This document shows positions 38,640 to 51,369 of a stretch of 64,000 bases of DNA, piece by piece. Within the stretch, counting starts at the first letter, position 1, and every line of letters starts with the position of its first letter. The DNA comes from Squalus acanthias. Its lineage: Eukaryota. The stretch lies in contig CM059432.1 in NCBI GenBank assembly GCA_030390025.1, positions 129,396,001-129,460,000 on the forward strand. Direction: 5' to 3'. Position numbers and translations under genes: made by a program. A model generated the notes under the pieces. That model did not search any database, had not been told where the DNA came from, and saw nothing but the letters and a program-made list of their open reading frames with translations.

Positions 38640-40860
38640 ATGTTGTCATTCTCAACTGTTACAAGGGCCTGCACTGGTACCCCTCCCTCCCAGAGATTGT
38701 AGATTGTCAGCTTCAGAAGGCAGCACTTGATGAGGCCAAGAGGACACATGAGGAGGAGAAAGTGGTGAGGGCAGTGGAAGAGGATGTGGACCTAGCCGAG
38801 TGCAGTGCTTAGGGATTCTGACCTCACAGGGATTGCTCATAAAAAGAGATTGTTGTCCGAGTATAATCATCGGCAGGAGATACTTGAGTCTGTCCAAACT
38901 ATCCAGTAAGATCTGGCTCTAAGTGTGTCGGAGTCCACCAGCTGAATCTATGCAGTTGTGCAGGAAGATTTCTCTGGAATGTAGTGTACCATGTGGCAAC
39001 CCCTAAGTGTTTGCAGGGGAGCCCCCAGTAGCACAGGTCCTCAACACGGTGGGAGTATTTCTTGTGAGTGTTCACCTTTGTGCTTCAGAGGTCTTGTGCT
39101 CCAATCTACAGGATGCGTCCTTGTCCAGTTTCAACATGCTGGGGATCAGATCAGATGAAAGAACATTGAGGTAGAGATTTACAGATCTTATTGCAGTCCA
39201 TGGGTTTTCTCTCATGTAGGTCAGTAGACATGTTAAGGGAGTGCACGGCAGCAGGGGTAGGGCTGAAGAAGGCATAAATGAAGCTGCTGTCTCTCAAGAC
39301 GGCGTTGCATTTGGCCCATCCGCTCCCCCTGTGCCAGTGTCAGTAGAGGGGACAGAAAGCAGGCAGGAGCAGCCATCCACAGCAGCAGCATGTGTGGCTC
39401 AATCAGTCGCAGGGCCATCTCATATAACGTGCAAGGAGGTCCAAGGCCACCTAAATCCCAAGTAGCTCCCACAGAAGCCCAGTAGCCTGCCAACACACTT
39501 ACTCCTCCTACTGAGGAATCACTTAGCAGAAGTGACAGGTTGGGATTTTGAAGCTCCACGCAATATGTCTACACTAAGGGTCAGCACCTTGGGAAAAGAC
39601 ACCAACATCACTGGCACATGACACAAAGTAGGTGAATAAATTCATTGCACTGTATGTGAACTTTGTCCAGAGAAAATCTTTCTGATTGCGTAGAATAAGA
39701 TAGAAGCACAGCACTGATGTTAGTGGTGGAAGTGCAGACGGCAGTGTTGGAGAAAGTGCTTCGAGCTACTTTCTCAGAGTCTGATGGGCATTAGGGTTCT
39801 TTAAAGGGGTAGGTTAGGATCTTTAGCTGAATGTCTCCTGGATGTGCGCCTGGTGCAACAGACAACCTGGCTGCACTGGAGTTTCAGCAGTGATGTCCTC
39901 TTGGTCAATGTATGTGTCCTGTTCTGGTCTAATTATGGGTTAGCCTTTTCCTGCTCCATGGTTCGGCCTCTTTGTATTGCAAATTGTGCAGTTTGCAGCA
40001 AAGAACAATGATCTTGAGGACCCTGAAGGGGCTGCACTGTGAGATAGATCCTGATGAACTGAGGAATCTGAAGCACTGCTTCAAGATGCCAAAAGTATTC
40101 TTTACAATGATTCTTGTAGTTTTGTGGCCCAGTGCAACTGTGTTTGTTTCTGTCCATGGCAGTCAAAAAATTGCCATTAGACATGGGTGTAGAGGGTAGG
40201 CTGGGTCTATGAGGACACATCCTTGTAGCCTTCCTTCGCCTTCAAAGAAGTCTGGCATTGATGATTATCTTAAATTGAAAGCATCATGACTGCTGCCTGG
40301 GAAACAGAGGTTGATAGTCATGATATGGTGTTGGTGGTTACATTGAGAGTGTAGAATTCCTTTCTGTTCATTTAGACGATTGCATTATCCTTAGGAGCCC
40401 AGATGGCCACAACGGTGCTTTCAATGACCAGTTGTACTTTGGGAAATTGAGGCGCCCTGTCATGATGCTGTTACTGTACAGTGGCAAAGGAGATAAAAGG
40501 ACAGGAAATATGCTGATTCTGCAGGTAACCCTTGAGATAGTCTGGAAGCAGGCACCAGCATATAAGTTGAGAACTAGGTAACCTTCCGTTCCAATGACAG
40601 AGCATCCCCGATACTGGAGGCTGGCACAGCTCAGTAACTTCTTCCCTGCTGAATGTGAGCTTACAGAGGCAGTTCTTCTCCATCACCATTAGCTCCTGTG
40701 TGTGGTCATGTATATATGGTTGGTGCCATAATGGCATGTGCAGCCAATCCACGTCCGGCACCATCCCTTGTTTGATCTTCTTTCTCCTCTTCCATGAAAC
40801 CCTGTAAGATTGGAGCGTTGAAAGTCATTCCCATAGCTTGCAAATGAATGGCAACTAAAA
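38640..40860. pseudogene. Old Harbinger relic: Myb-gene 3' part (+, ~38640-39640) converging on a decayed transposase (-, ~39900-40770)
   Basis: Minus-strand remnants LCKLTFSREEVTELC, FPGSSHDAF and LKQCFRFL; plus-strand end gacacaaagtag resembles 30820-30833. Confidence 0.65.
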
Positions 40861-41451
40861 AGAAATGAACTGTGCAGAATCAAGTGAGTTCTTCCCTACC
40901 CTCAATGATTTTCAATGACCATTTGGGATGGATTTTATCTTCTTTTAAAGGGAAAAAAATGCATCTAGTATTTTTTTGCTGATTTGAGTACCATCATAAA
41001 ACTAAAAATTCTGCCAGGGAGAATAAATTTCATTGCGGAATTAAGAGATCCAAATAAATCAATTATTCGCATCAATCCCAAACTGTTCTTTACCTACCAG
41101 TAATAAACCCCTTGAACTATACAAACATGTTTATTCCCATGAAAATCGAGCCAATCTCCATTTATCCAGCAGGCGTGGCATTTGCAGGCACACATCATTT
41201 AGAAAAAGAGTCAGATGCAAGTGCTCACAGTGCCCTGACAATGAACTATGTAATCCTCCAAATCCCTACTAACTCAAAGATTGCAGCAAGTACTTTATTT
41301 CATTTTAATGGCGATTTTACCACAAAATATAGAATGGGAAGGCTTATCCTGATAGGAAAACGCAATGAAAATAAATTTTTTACAAATATTAGTGGAAGTT
41401 ATTCAAGAATCCATTTAAGGCAAGTATGTCCAACATTTTGGAACTGGGGGC

Positions 41452-41469
41452 TCTCTCTTTCTCTTTCTT

Positions 41470-41518
<49 letters not shown>

Positions 41519-41525
41519 TATATAT
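41452..41525. repeat. (CT)n(AT)n microsatellite
   Basis: Direct inspection. Confidence 0.9.
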
Positions 41526-41661
41526 ACAAAAAGAAAATACTGCAGATGCTGGAAATCTGAAATAAAAACAGAAAATGCCGGAGAAACTCAGCAGGTCAGG
41601 CAGCATCTGTGAAGAGAGAAACAGAGTTAACGTTTCAGGTCGATGACCTTTCGTCAGAACT
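41526..41661 (-). mobile_element. Penelope-like pLTR 3' fragment with intact minimal hammerhead (41625-41661)
   Basis: rc: AGTT-CTGACGA-AAGGTC-atc-GACCT-GAAA-CGTT-AACT. Confidence 0.8.
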
Positions 41662-41699
41662 ATATGTGCCAAGACCAGTGATTGGGCAGCATTTTTTTT

Positions 41700-41905
41700 T
41701 AGTATTTCTCAGGATGTGGCGTCGTTGGCAAGGCTGGTATTTAATGCCCATCCCTAGCTGCGCCTGAGAATGTGGTGGTAGGTCTATTTCTTGAACCTCT
41801 GCAGTCCGTGTAGTGAAGGTCCTGTAGTGGCTTGAGACAACTGAGTGGCTCGTGAGGCCACTTCAGAGGACAGTTAAGAGTCAACCACATTGGTGAGGGA
41901 CTGTT
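41700..41905 (-). mobile_element. SINE/LINE tail of the 32640-32980 family
   Basis: rc match to gttgactcttaactg...ggcattaaataccagccttgcc. Confidence 0.65.
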
Positions 41906-42397
41906 TTAAACCCAGTGTGTAAATTTATTGGAGAAGGGAATAGCAGAATTGCTAGTGCAAAAAAATGTCAAACCTGAAATTCGCTGTTGCTTCGAGTTCA
42001 GTTCATGCCCCAGCATCTGATTTGTTGCCATTAACAGATTCCTTCTTCCACCCGCTGCAGATCCTCAGCTTGCGAGGAGCTATGAAATCAGAGGTCAGAA
42101 CCTTCAGAACATTCTACAGATGATCACTGAGCCACCACTGGATTCTTGCACTCTGGATGATGCTGCTCACCTAGACAGCTAGGAAAGCAACACAGGTAGC
42201 AGAAGAGAAGGCACCAGGCTTTTTAAAACTGCTGGGCTTGGAAGACTGGTAAAGGATACTCCCTGACCGGTTCACTAATCCACCAATCCACGTGCAGCCT
42301 TTTCTGTTCCTCTGGCCTGGAAGCTTTAATCAGCGTGTAGGTTCCGAAGCCAGAAACAAACAGAAGTTTCATGGGCCAAATCAAAGAAATCCATAGG

Positions 42398-43848
42398 TCA
42401 TAAGAACAAAAGAAATAAGAGCAGGAGTAGGCCATACGGTCCCTCGAGCCTGCCCCGCCATTCAATACGATCCTGGCTGATCATCGACCTCAATTCCACT
42501 TTCCCGCCCGATCTCCATATCCCTTGATTCCCCTAGAGCCCAAAAATCTATCTGTCTCAGCCTTGAATATACTCAAAGACTCAGCATTCACAACCCTCTG
42601 GGGCAGAGAATTCCAAAGATTCACAACCCTCTGAGTGAAGAAATTCCTCCTCATCTCAGTCTTAAATGGCCTACCCCTTATCCTGAGACTATGCCCCTTA
42701 GTTCTAGACACTCCAGCCAGGGGAAACAACTTCTCAGCATCTACCCTGTCAATCCCCTTCAAAATCTTGTATGTTTCAATGAGATCACCTCTCATTCCTC
42801 TAAACTCCAGAGAGTATAGGCCCATTCTACACAATCTCTCATCATAGGACAGCCGTCTCATCCCAGGAATCAATCTAGTAAGCCTTCATTGCACCACCTC
42901 CAAGGCAAGTATATCCTTCCTTAGATAAGGAGACCAAAACTGTGCACAGTACTGCACAGTGGTCTCGCCAAGGCCTTGTACAATTGTAGCAAGACTTACT
43001 CTTAAACTCCAACCCCCTTGCAATAAAGGCCAACATGCCAGTTGTCTTCCTTATTGCTTGTTGTACCTACATGCTAGCTTTCTGTGTTTCTTGCACACAA
43101 AGGACACACAAATCTCTCTGAACACCAACATTTGAAAGTTTCTCACCATTTAAAAAATGTTCTGTTTTTTTATTCTTCCTACCAAAGTGAATAACCTCAC
43201 ATTTCCTTACATTATACTCCATCTGCCACCTTACTGCCCACTCACTTAGTCTATCTATAACCCTTTGCAGACTCTTTGTGTTCTCCTCACAGCTTACTGT
43301 CCCACCTAGCTTTGTATCATCAGCAAACTTGGATACATTACACTCGGTCCCTTCATCTAGGTCATTAATATAGATTATAAATAGCTGAGGCCCCAACACT
43401 GATCCTTGCGGCACCCCACTAGTTACAGCCTGCCAACCTGAAAAAGATCCGTTTATCCCTACTCTCTGTTTTCTGTCCATTAACCAATCCTCTATTCATA
43501 CTATTATATTACCCCCAACCCCATGAGCCCTAATCTTGTGTAATAACCTTTTATGTGGCACCTTATCGAATGCCTTTTAGAAATCCAAATATGCTACATC
43601 CACTGGTTCCCCTTTATCTACCCTGCTAGTTACATCCTTAAAAAACTCTAATAAATTTGTCAAACACGATTTCCCTTTCATAAAACCATGTTGACTCTGC
43701 CTAATCATGTTATGATTTTCTAAGTGACTTGATACCACTTCCTTAACATTAGATTCCAGCATTTTCCCAATGACTGATGTCAGGCTAACTGGCCTGTAGT
43801 TCCCTATTTTTTCTCTCCCTCCTTTCTTGAATAGCGGTGTTACATTTG
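42398..43848 (-). mobile_element. CR1 LINE RT through 3' end
   Basis: [33 protein letters not shown] and FADDTK in ORFs 43577-43864, 43067-43480 and 42490-42873. Confidence 0.95.
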
Positions 43849-43874
43849 TCGTGTTTTGGAACATTACTGATTTA

Positions 43875-44200
43875 AGGGGTCGAAGGGGTTCAATAGGCAG
43901 AATGGGGGAGCGGCCCGCGTTCTTTTAATGTGGGGTCTGAAGGAGCACTCCCGCCCCACATTCGGATAATTATGGGGGCCTTCCTGCCGGTTAGCGCCAC
44001 GTTGTGCTGTGCAAATTCAGCACGTGGCGAGTGAAGCGCTAGGGCGTTCAAAAATCGAGAATGGCTCCTGCAAGCCATTCAGGACCTCAATTCAAATGAA
44101 TTATCCTGGCCTTTAAATGCTCACGACATGCACTCCTGATGCCAGCACATCTACCTTATCCAATCGAAAAATGGGCGCTGCATGGACGGATTTCTTGGCC
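43875..44200. mobile_element. Partial Harbinger-type MITE
   Basis: CpG-rich; right end gatttcttggcc. Confidence 0.4.
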
Positions 44201-44750
44201 ATAGAATTTCACAGAACAGAAAGAGATCATTTAATTTACTGTGCCTTTACTGACTCTTTCAAAGAGCTCGTCATTTATTCACATTCCCCTGCCCATTCCC
44301 CATACCCTTTAAAATGTTGCTTTTTCAAAGCCATTTGCCCATAACAAGTAGTGGGAAGACAGGAGGCAGACGTGTGACTAACTACACCTGCCTTCTGACT
44401 GTGGCAGCTGGGAAAATAGTGAGACCAGTCTGGATGTGCAGTTCCAAACCATATTTCCATGTTCTTCCCTTTTTCTAATCAAGAGCCACAGTTCCAGCCA
44501 ATCACTTTCTCAGGGGTCCCTCTTGGGAATACTGGGACGCAGGTCTCTGTCTGCAATTTCCCCCGCTCCTGACTTCAATCGTGCAACTATTGGAGTTAGA
44601 TTACCATTAAAGTTCTAATTTAACAGAACTATCGCACTGCAAGGAAACTCAAACAACCTTTTATCCAACGGATCGGGAGAGGATGAAAGTGGCAGAGCAA
44701 GAAAGGAAAGCGGCATGACAAAATATGCCTAAAATAGTCGGCCACTTAAT

Positions 44751-45494
44751 GGCCCAAAAATTCATCCCGGTGCGCGAGAGTACGCACTGCGTACTCTCGC
44801 GTATTCCCTCTGCAATTGCCGGTTTTCTGCATGCCCTGCGCATGCGCTGAAAACCGGCAATTGCTCTTTTGAAAAGGGGGCGGTTCCTCGGTGCATCGCG
44901 TGCGCGCTACAGGCTGCGCGCACGCTGTGCACTTTGAGCTTTGGACGCGCAGGTAAGTACTGAAGATTTTAGAAATGTAAAAAGGAGGAGTAAGACCCAC
45001 TTTTAACAAGGTAAGTAGTGAATTAAGTATTTTTTTGAATTTTTTTTTACAGGTATATCTTTTTTAGAGACTTTAAAGACAGGTAAGTTTATTTTTATAA
45101 CTTTTTAAAAGATTTTAAATTTTTTCAAAAATTTAATTTTTTATTTAAAATGGTTAATTTATTTAACTATACTTATTTTATTAATGTGATGGTTTTTTTT
45201 TTTTATTTAATTGAGGTTTAGCTGTTATTTTGGGGGGGTGTAAGATTCATAGATTTCACAGCCGTGCTATGAAACTTATGAATGGAAGATGGTGTGCTGC
45301 CATTGGCTCTAACTGAGTCACGTGATCCCACAGCTCACACGAATTCACTACGCCGGTGGGATACGCAAGCACTGCCCGGCTGATGTCTGGAACATCAAGT
45401 TCGTGCGAGCTGGATCTGAAAAAGCACAAGCGAGGTGAGAGATCGCGGGGAAGGCTTACCCCCGCGGGAACAGAGCGAGATCAATTTCTGGGCC
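44751..45494. mobile_element. Harbinger-type MITE, 744 bp
   Basis: AAT TSD (44748-44750 / 45495-45497); TIRs ggcccaaaaatt / aatttctgggcc. Confidence 0.85.
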
Positions 45495-45609
45495 AATGTG
45501 TTGTAAGCGGCACCTTTGTAATTGACTTGGGTGGAAATGGCAAATGGTTAGCGCCATTTGCCCGATATAGGCGGCTGCACATGATAGGCGTGGATGGTGT
45601 AAGTGTTGG

Positions 45610-46300
45610 GGGCTGTAATTATCCACTTCCCTTTGAAAAGCTATTATGAATTCTGCTTCCACTCTTGCTTGTCGTAGGGCATTCCATATTCTAACAACCC
45701 TCTGTGCAAATAAAATTCTCATCAACTTTGGTCTTTTGGTGATAATCTTAAATTTATACCCCCTAATTACCAACTCACTGAGCAGTGGAAATAGATATTT
45801 CCTACTTACCTATCTCCTCTTAGCCTTCTTTGCGATCATGGAAAGAGCCCCGGTTTCTCTCGTATTGCTTCATAACTAAAGCCTTTCATCCCTGGTATCA
45901 CCTTGATGAATCTTTCCTGCAATCTCTCCGTGGCCTTGGCACCTGTCCCAATGTAAGGTGCTCAAAACTGGACTGCAGTCTAATTAATGATTTATATAGG
46001 TTTAGCATTACCTCCTTGCTTTTGTACTCTATGCCTCAATTATAAAACTTACAATTCCACCTGCTTTTTTTCCAACTTGTTCTCCCACTTATAGATTTCT
46101 TTATCTGATCCTAAGTTTCTCTGCTCCTCCACTCCTTTTAAAGAGTATTTAGTGCCTCTGTCCTCTCCTTATTCATCCTCCCCAAATGTATCATCTCGCA
46201 TTTCTCTGCATTAAATTTCATCGGATGTCTATCTGCCCAATCTGTAATCTGTCTATCTCCTTCTGAAGCTGCTGACAGCCCCCCTCACAGGTAACTCCAC
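45610..46300 (-). mobile_element. Old CR1 fragment
   Basis: RGYKFKI..FAQRVVRIWNAL in ORF 45456-45773. Confidence 0.75.
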
Positions 46301-46647
46301 TCCACTATTGTTGATCGTGATAAAACTGGATGCAAAGTCTGCTGCTCTCGACTGCCATGGCAAATTTGTTTAAAATCGGCCCATTATTTAAACTCAACAC
46401 TGACAGAGTGAAATACTCCCTTCTCAGTTTGCCTGTGCTGCTGTGCTTGTTTCTCATAAAAATCAAGGCCTTAACAAGCACAAAACGGGCTTCCTGAGAA
46501 ATCCTTGCTGAAGCTTGTTAATCCATTGAGGAGATACAAATCCTCAGATCTATACTCAACATTTATAAGTGATTTGTTAGCATTTTCTACTGATATTGCA
46601 TGATGTTTTACTCATTTAAATTATTCATCAGAGGGTACTAAAGTGAA

Positions 46648-46781
46648 ATATAAACAGAAAATGCTGGAGGTACTTCAGCAGGTCAGGCAGCATCTGTGAA
46701 GAGAGAAACAGAGTTAACGTTTCAGGTCGATGACCTTTCGTCAGAACTGGAGGTTCCAGCATCTGCAGTATTTTCTTTTTA
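46648..46781. mobile_element. Minimal Penelope-like insertion (inverted pLTR piece + tail) with intact hammerhead at 46712-46748 (-)
   Basis: 13-bp TSD GTACTAAAGTGAA (46635-46647 / 46782-46794). Confidence 0.85.
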
Positions 46782-47239
46782 GTACTAAAGTGAATGTTGC
46801 TTCAAAAGTGGTACACACAGCTGTGGACTGATGGAAATGTAGAAATGATCTGTGGCAGGGAACTAAGCAAACAATTAGTTACAATAACACGGCAAGATTG
46901 CCAGACAACATGGATGCGAAATTGGGCTCGGCAGTGCCCATTGTTTGCCATTCGTGGGCCAAAATGGCGCATCCCGCACACTTCTGCCGCGAATCACGCA
47001 GGACACCATCTTGGTGAGGGCGTTCCCGCATGCGCGCAGCTAATGTTCGCCGGAAGTATGCAGAGCAGGCAGATCATGATGTCAATTAGCGTGCCAGCTC
47101 AACGCTCCAGACAACACCCTCTCTTAACCTCGCACAGCTGAACATGTGTTAAGCAGCAGGAAGGACCCCTCCCCCCTCCCACCAGCGCTATTTAAAGGGA
47201 TCATCAACTACTTACAGATTAGTTGCTGGTTGATTTCTT

Positions 47240-48689
47240 TTGGCTGTTGCTATGATTCTAGGCATTCCTCTTAGAATACAGCATGACTGGGAGAATGAGC
47301 AGAGGCCACGCAGAGCAGGGCAAGCTGCTAGAAGAGGGAGGAGGAGGAGGGGGAGCAGGGCAGTCAGCAGGAGGGCCTTATCCACCCAGGGTGTTCGGGG
47401 AGCAATTCTCCTACCTGAACCTCAGTGAGGAACAGTGTGTGAGATGTCTGCGCTTCAGTAAGGATGTCCTCACTGAAATCTGCCACCTGCTGCAGCCACA
47501 ACTGCAACCTCAGAGCAGGGCGAGGACCGCATTGCCAGTGGCTGTGCAAGTGACCGCGGCCACGAACTTTTATGCATTCGGATCCTTCCAGGCTGGAGCT
47601 GGCGATATTTTCAACATCTCGCAGTTTGCCGTTCACTGTTGCGTAATGGAGGTCACTGAGGCTCTCTATTCCAAGGGAGCTTTTCATTCTCTCTTGCCAG
47701 AGACCAGCAGGCAGAGCGAGTACACAGCTTCACTAGGATTGCAGGCTCCTCCATGGTGCAGGCTGCCATTGACTGCACGCACTTCGCTTTGATGGCGCCG
47801 CAGTATCTACTCTGCCATGTACCTGAACCGAAAGGAATTCCACTCCCTCAACGTCCAGCTGGTGTGCAACCATCGGCAGTGAATCATGCAGGCCAATGCC
47901 GGTATCCTGGCAGCAGTCATGATACCTTCATTCTGCGGCAGTCCGCTGTGCCATCTGCATTTCAGCCACCATGCCAAACCAATGGGTGGCTACTGGGCAA
48001 CAAGGGCTATCTGTTGATGACATGGCTCATGACTCACAGATGCGCAACATGCATACAATGAGAGCCATGCTGCCACAAGAAATAGAATCATAGAATCATA
48101 GAAAAATTACTACACAGAAGGAGGCCATTCAGCCCATTGCGTCCGTGCCGATCGGAAAAGAGCTACCCAGCCTAATCCCACCTTCCAGCACTAGGTCCGT
48201 AGCCCTGTAGGTTACGGCTCTTCAAGTGCACACCCAAGTACTTTTTAAATGTGATGAGGGTTTCTGCCTCTACCATCCTTTCGGGCAATGAGTTTCAGAC
48301 CCCCACCACCCTCTGGGTGAAATTTTTTTTCCTCATCTCCCCTCTAATCCTTCTACCAACTACTTTAAATCTATGCCCCCTGGTTCAATATAATGGAGAA
48401 GACCATTGGCATGCTGAAACAATGCTTCCGCTGCCTGGACCGCTCTGGAGGAGTCCTGCAGTACTTGGCAGAGCGCGTGTCAAGATTCGTGGTGGTCCAT
48501 TGCATGCTGCATAACCTCGCCATCATGAGGGCACAACCCTTGCCACCAGCTATGTGGTCAGCAACTGAGGAGTAGGAGCATGAAGAGGAGGAGGAGGAGG
48601 AGGAAGAAGAGGAAGGGAAAGGGAGGAGGCAACCTAGACAGCCCCTTTCTGCCCGGGCTGTCCGTGAAGAACTAATTCAAGTGCGATAG
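47240..48689 (+). pseudogene. Harbinger transposase pseudogene
   Basis: PYPPRVF, NFYAFGSFQ, AIDCTH, PGSSHD, WLLGNKGY (catalytic D to N), [34 protein letters not shown]; frameshifts and a CR1 insertion. Confidence 0.9.
48085..48386 (-). mobile_element. CR1 3' end inserted in the transposase
   Basis: (TCATAGAA)n rc tail; AATA duplication (48081-48084 / 48387-48390); removal restores the frame ...TRNIMEKTIG. Confidence 0.9.
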
Positions 48690-48864
48690 CAGTAATCGCG
48701 ACCCCAATTCCCCATTCACCAACAGTCCCACACCTTACCTTCCCTCTGTTACTGACAATCACAGCATCCGCTTGGCCACAATGCAAAAATAAAAGCCACC
48801 ACAAAATAAACATTCCAAACCAAATTTATAAATGAAATCATGCCATATTGCATACAAACGTAAA

Positions 48865-50763
48865 CTAATCATCCTTGTGTATTCCCTTAGTGCCTGTCTT
48901 CTGTGTGCCTTTGCCTGTCCTAATGCTCCTACGCAGTGCTACCCCAGTGGCTGCAGCATGGCTAGTGGAAGGCTGCTGACTTTCAGTGGGGGAAACTGCA
49001 GATGACCTTGGAGGATGACCTCGAGCAGCTCTGGGTCTAGAAGGCCTGGCTGCGGACTGCACCATCTCGGCATGGGCGGCAGCAGTCTGGGCTGGCTGGC
49101 TGACAGGCAACAGCAAGGGCACTGGCGGAGTGGCAGGAGCAGGAGGACGAATGCTGTCATCCTGAGAGAGGTCAGCAGGTTCGTGCTCCATGGAGCCACT
49201 GCGCCTCAGCAATCCTAGTAATCTGTTGGAGGAGAGATTGCTGGACTGCTGTGACACTCTGCAAGCCCCTTTGAACACTGTAATCCACAGCCATGATGGC
49301 AGCAGTCTGAACTTGCATGGCAGCAAGCTGACCTTGCATGACAGCAGTCTGAGCTTCCACTTCAGCACCCAGAAGTTGGGTGGCTTCTGCTTGTGTTGCA
49401 ATGGAAGTTGCGACATCGGCCGTCAGATGCTGCATCATGGATGGTTCCACAAGTGTGTGAACGGAGTTGGCCACTAGTTCAATGCTGGAAAGGATGGGTT
49501 CCAAACTCTGCGCAAAGCCCTGTGCCAAGTTGGTGCTGGACTCCTCCATGCTCCTTGACATTGAGCACAGGTTTTCTGACAGGCTTCCAAATGCACCAAG
49601 CATTTTGTTGTGCATACTCATCAGCGTGTTTCTGTAGGCTGCCCCATCAAAGTCCTCATCTGAGTCCTATGCAGCAGAACCCGTGTGCCACCTTGCCCTC
49701 CGATGAACTGGTATTGGTGCTATCCTTGCCCCCTGCCCTGGCTGCAGCTCTCTCATGCCCAGTGCCTCACCATGTACAGATCCCCTCTCCAATCAATCCT
49801 CCAAGATACGCGCAGTGTCAGTATCTGAGCTGGTGGCTTCGAGTGTGAAATCTAGTGACAGTGCTGTGACTTTATCATTGCTCTGTTGTCAATGTTCCTC
49901 CCCTGCCTGGCCAGGTTGCACCTCTTGGGTATTTGAAAGGAAAAAGGCACAAGGGTAAGGATGTGGTGAGGGGAGAGGGGGGAAAGTAAGAGGTGTATGC
50001 TTATATCATCTGCATCTTGTAAATCAGAAGAGATTGTGGGATGAGGGGGAAGTGGGATGTGAGAAGGAGGATTAGGTATGAGGATACTGTCATCTTCGAT
50101 GGTTTCAGCCCCGCCGCCGGCCACGCCCTCAGCAATGGCCGTTCCAATAATGGCCAGCACCGTCTCCTACATGGGTGTTAGGACATGGAGGCATGCCTGT
50201 CCCCCTCCGGTTAACTGCTGCTTGCCTACGGTTGTGCGCAAATTTGTCCTGCAAGAGAGAGGGAAGTGTGTCAGTGAGTATTGTGGAATCTGGTTTGGTG
50301 ATGTGGCTGTCATGGTTGAATAGCTGGCAGTGTGTGCAAGCTGTGAGATGTGGGTGTGAGGCTTGCAGCAGTGCTAAGTGTGTGAGGGTGAGGTGAAGCT
50401 ATGAATTTTAGATAGGAGTCCAGATTGATAGCGATTGTTGGTAGGTGAGTGATGGGGTATAGTGAATTGAGCAGGGGCTGAGGCTGGTGGTCCAGTTGGT
50501 AAGATATGGCATTTGAAGATGCATTCACTGACCTTGACCACTTGTGTGAGGTCATTGAACTTCTTGCGGCACTTCCTCCGGCCTTGACTCCTGGCATTGA
50601 CCTCCATGGCTATCTGCTCCCACTGCCTTTTGACCGTGTGTCTGGAGGGCCTCGTTCCCCCCTGTGGATACAGGACATCTCTCCTCCTCTCCACCTCCTC
50701 CAGCAAGCCATCCAGCGCAGTGTCCGAGAAACTTGGAGCCCGCTCTCTCCCATGTTGTGCCAT
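48865..50763 (-). pseudogene. Harbinger Myb/SANT-like gene (exons ~50763-50533, ~50248-50088, ~49932-48865), decayed
   Basis: MAQHGRERAPSFSDTALDGLLEEVERRRDVLYP...WEQIAMEVNA...CRKKFNDLTQVVK|gt; exon 2 ag|DKFAHNRR..TGGG; C-terminal LRRSIRTGK. Confidence 0.85.
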
Positions 50764-51369
50764 TCCTCACTGTTTCCCAGCTCAGATTCACTTCCGGCAA
50801 GACTCCCAGCACCTGCTCCAGCCACAATGCACCTCCCCTTTAAGAGGTGCAGGCTAGCTTTAAGCAGTGCAGGCTAGCTTTAAGTGGTGCTCGGAAGTTA
50901 CAATTTTGGTGGCCCGCTGCTAATGTGTGCAGCCAATGAACAGCGTGGTTAATGCTGGCTGCATGCAGAAATCATTCTAATGAGTAGGCAGCACGAAGTT
51001 GGCATGCTGCCTGTTTTTCAGTCAACGGGTTAAGTGCACATCGTGAGCCCCCACCCGTTTTCGGGGCTAACCAATTTAGCCCTTCATATGGCCAAGGAAA
51101 GAAAAATTAGCACAGGCGGAAGGAACAGTGACTGTAATATGCCATCCTCCGAGCACGGACCAGCAATTTCATCTGATTCCACTATCTCAGCTAAGGTTCA
51201 TTTATTTTTTTCTATTATTTTATATATAACATTCCTAGCAATTATCTTTACGCATTATATAGTATAATCATTTGTTTTTTCATAGAGCAGTGAATAGTAA
51301 CAATTTTTATTGATATAGTATTTGTAGCATTACAAAAATTCCATGGCAGAAAACAGGTGGCGAGCAACA

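Larger units (their letters stand above)
46912..51084. mobile_element. Second PIF/Harbinger transposon (different family), decayed
   Basis: CAT TSD (46909-46911 / 51085-51087); degenerate TIRs ggatgcgaaattgg / ccaatttagccctt; transposase (+) converging on a Myb-like gene (-). Confidence 0.9.
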
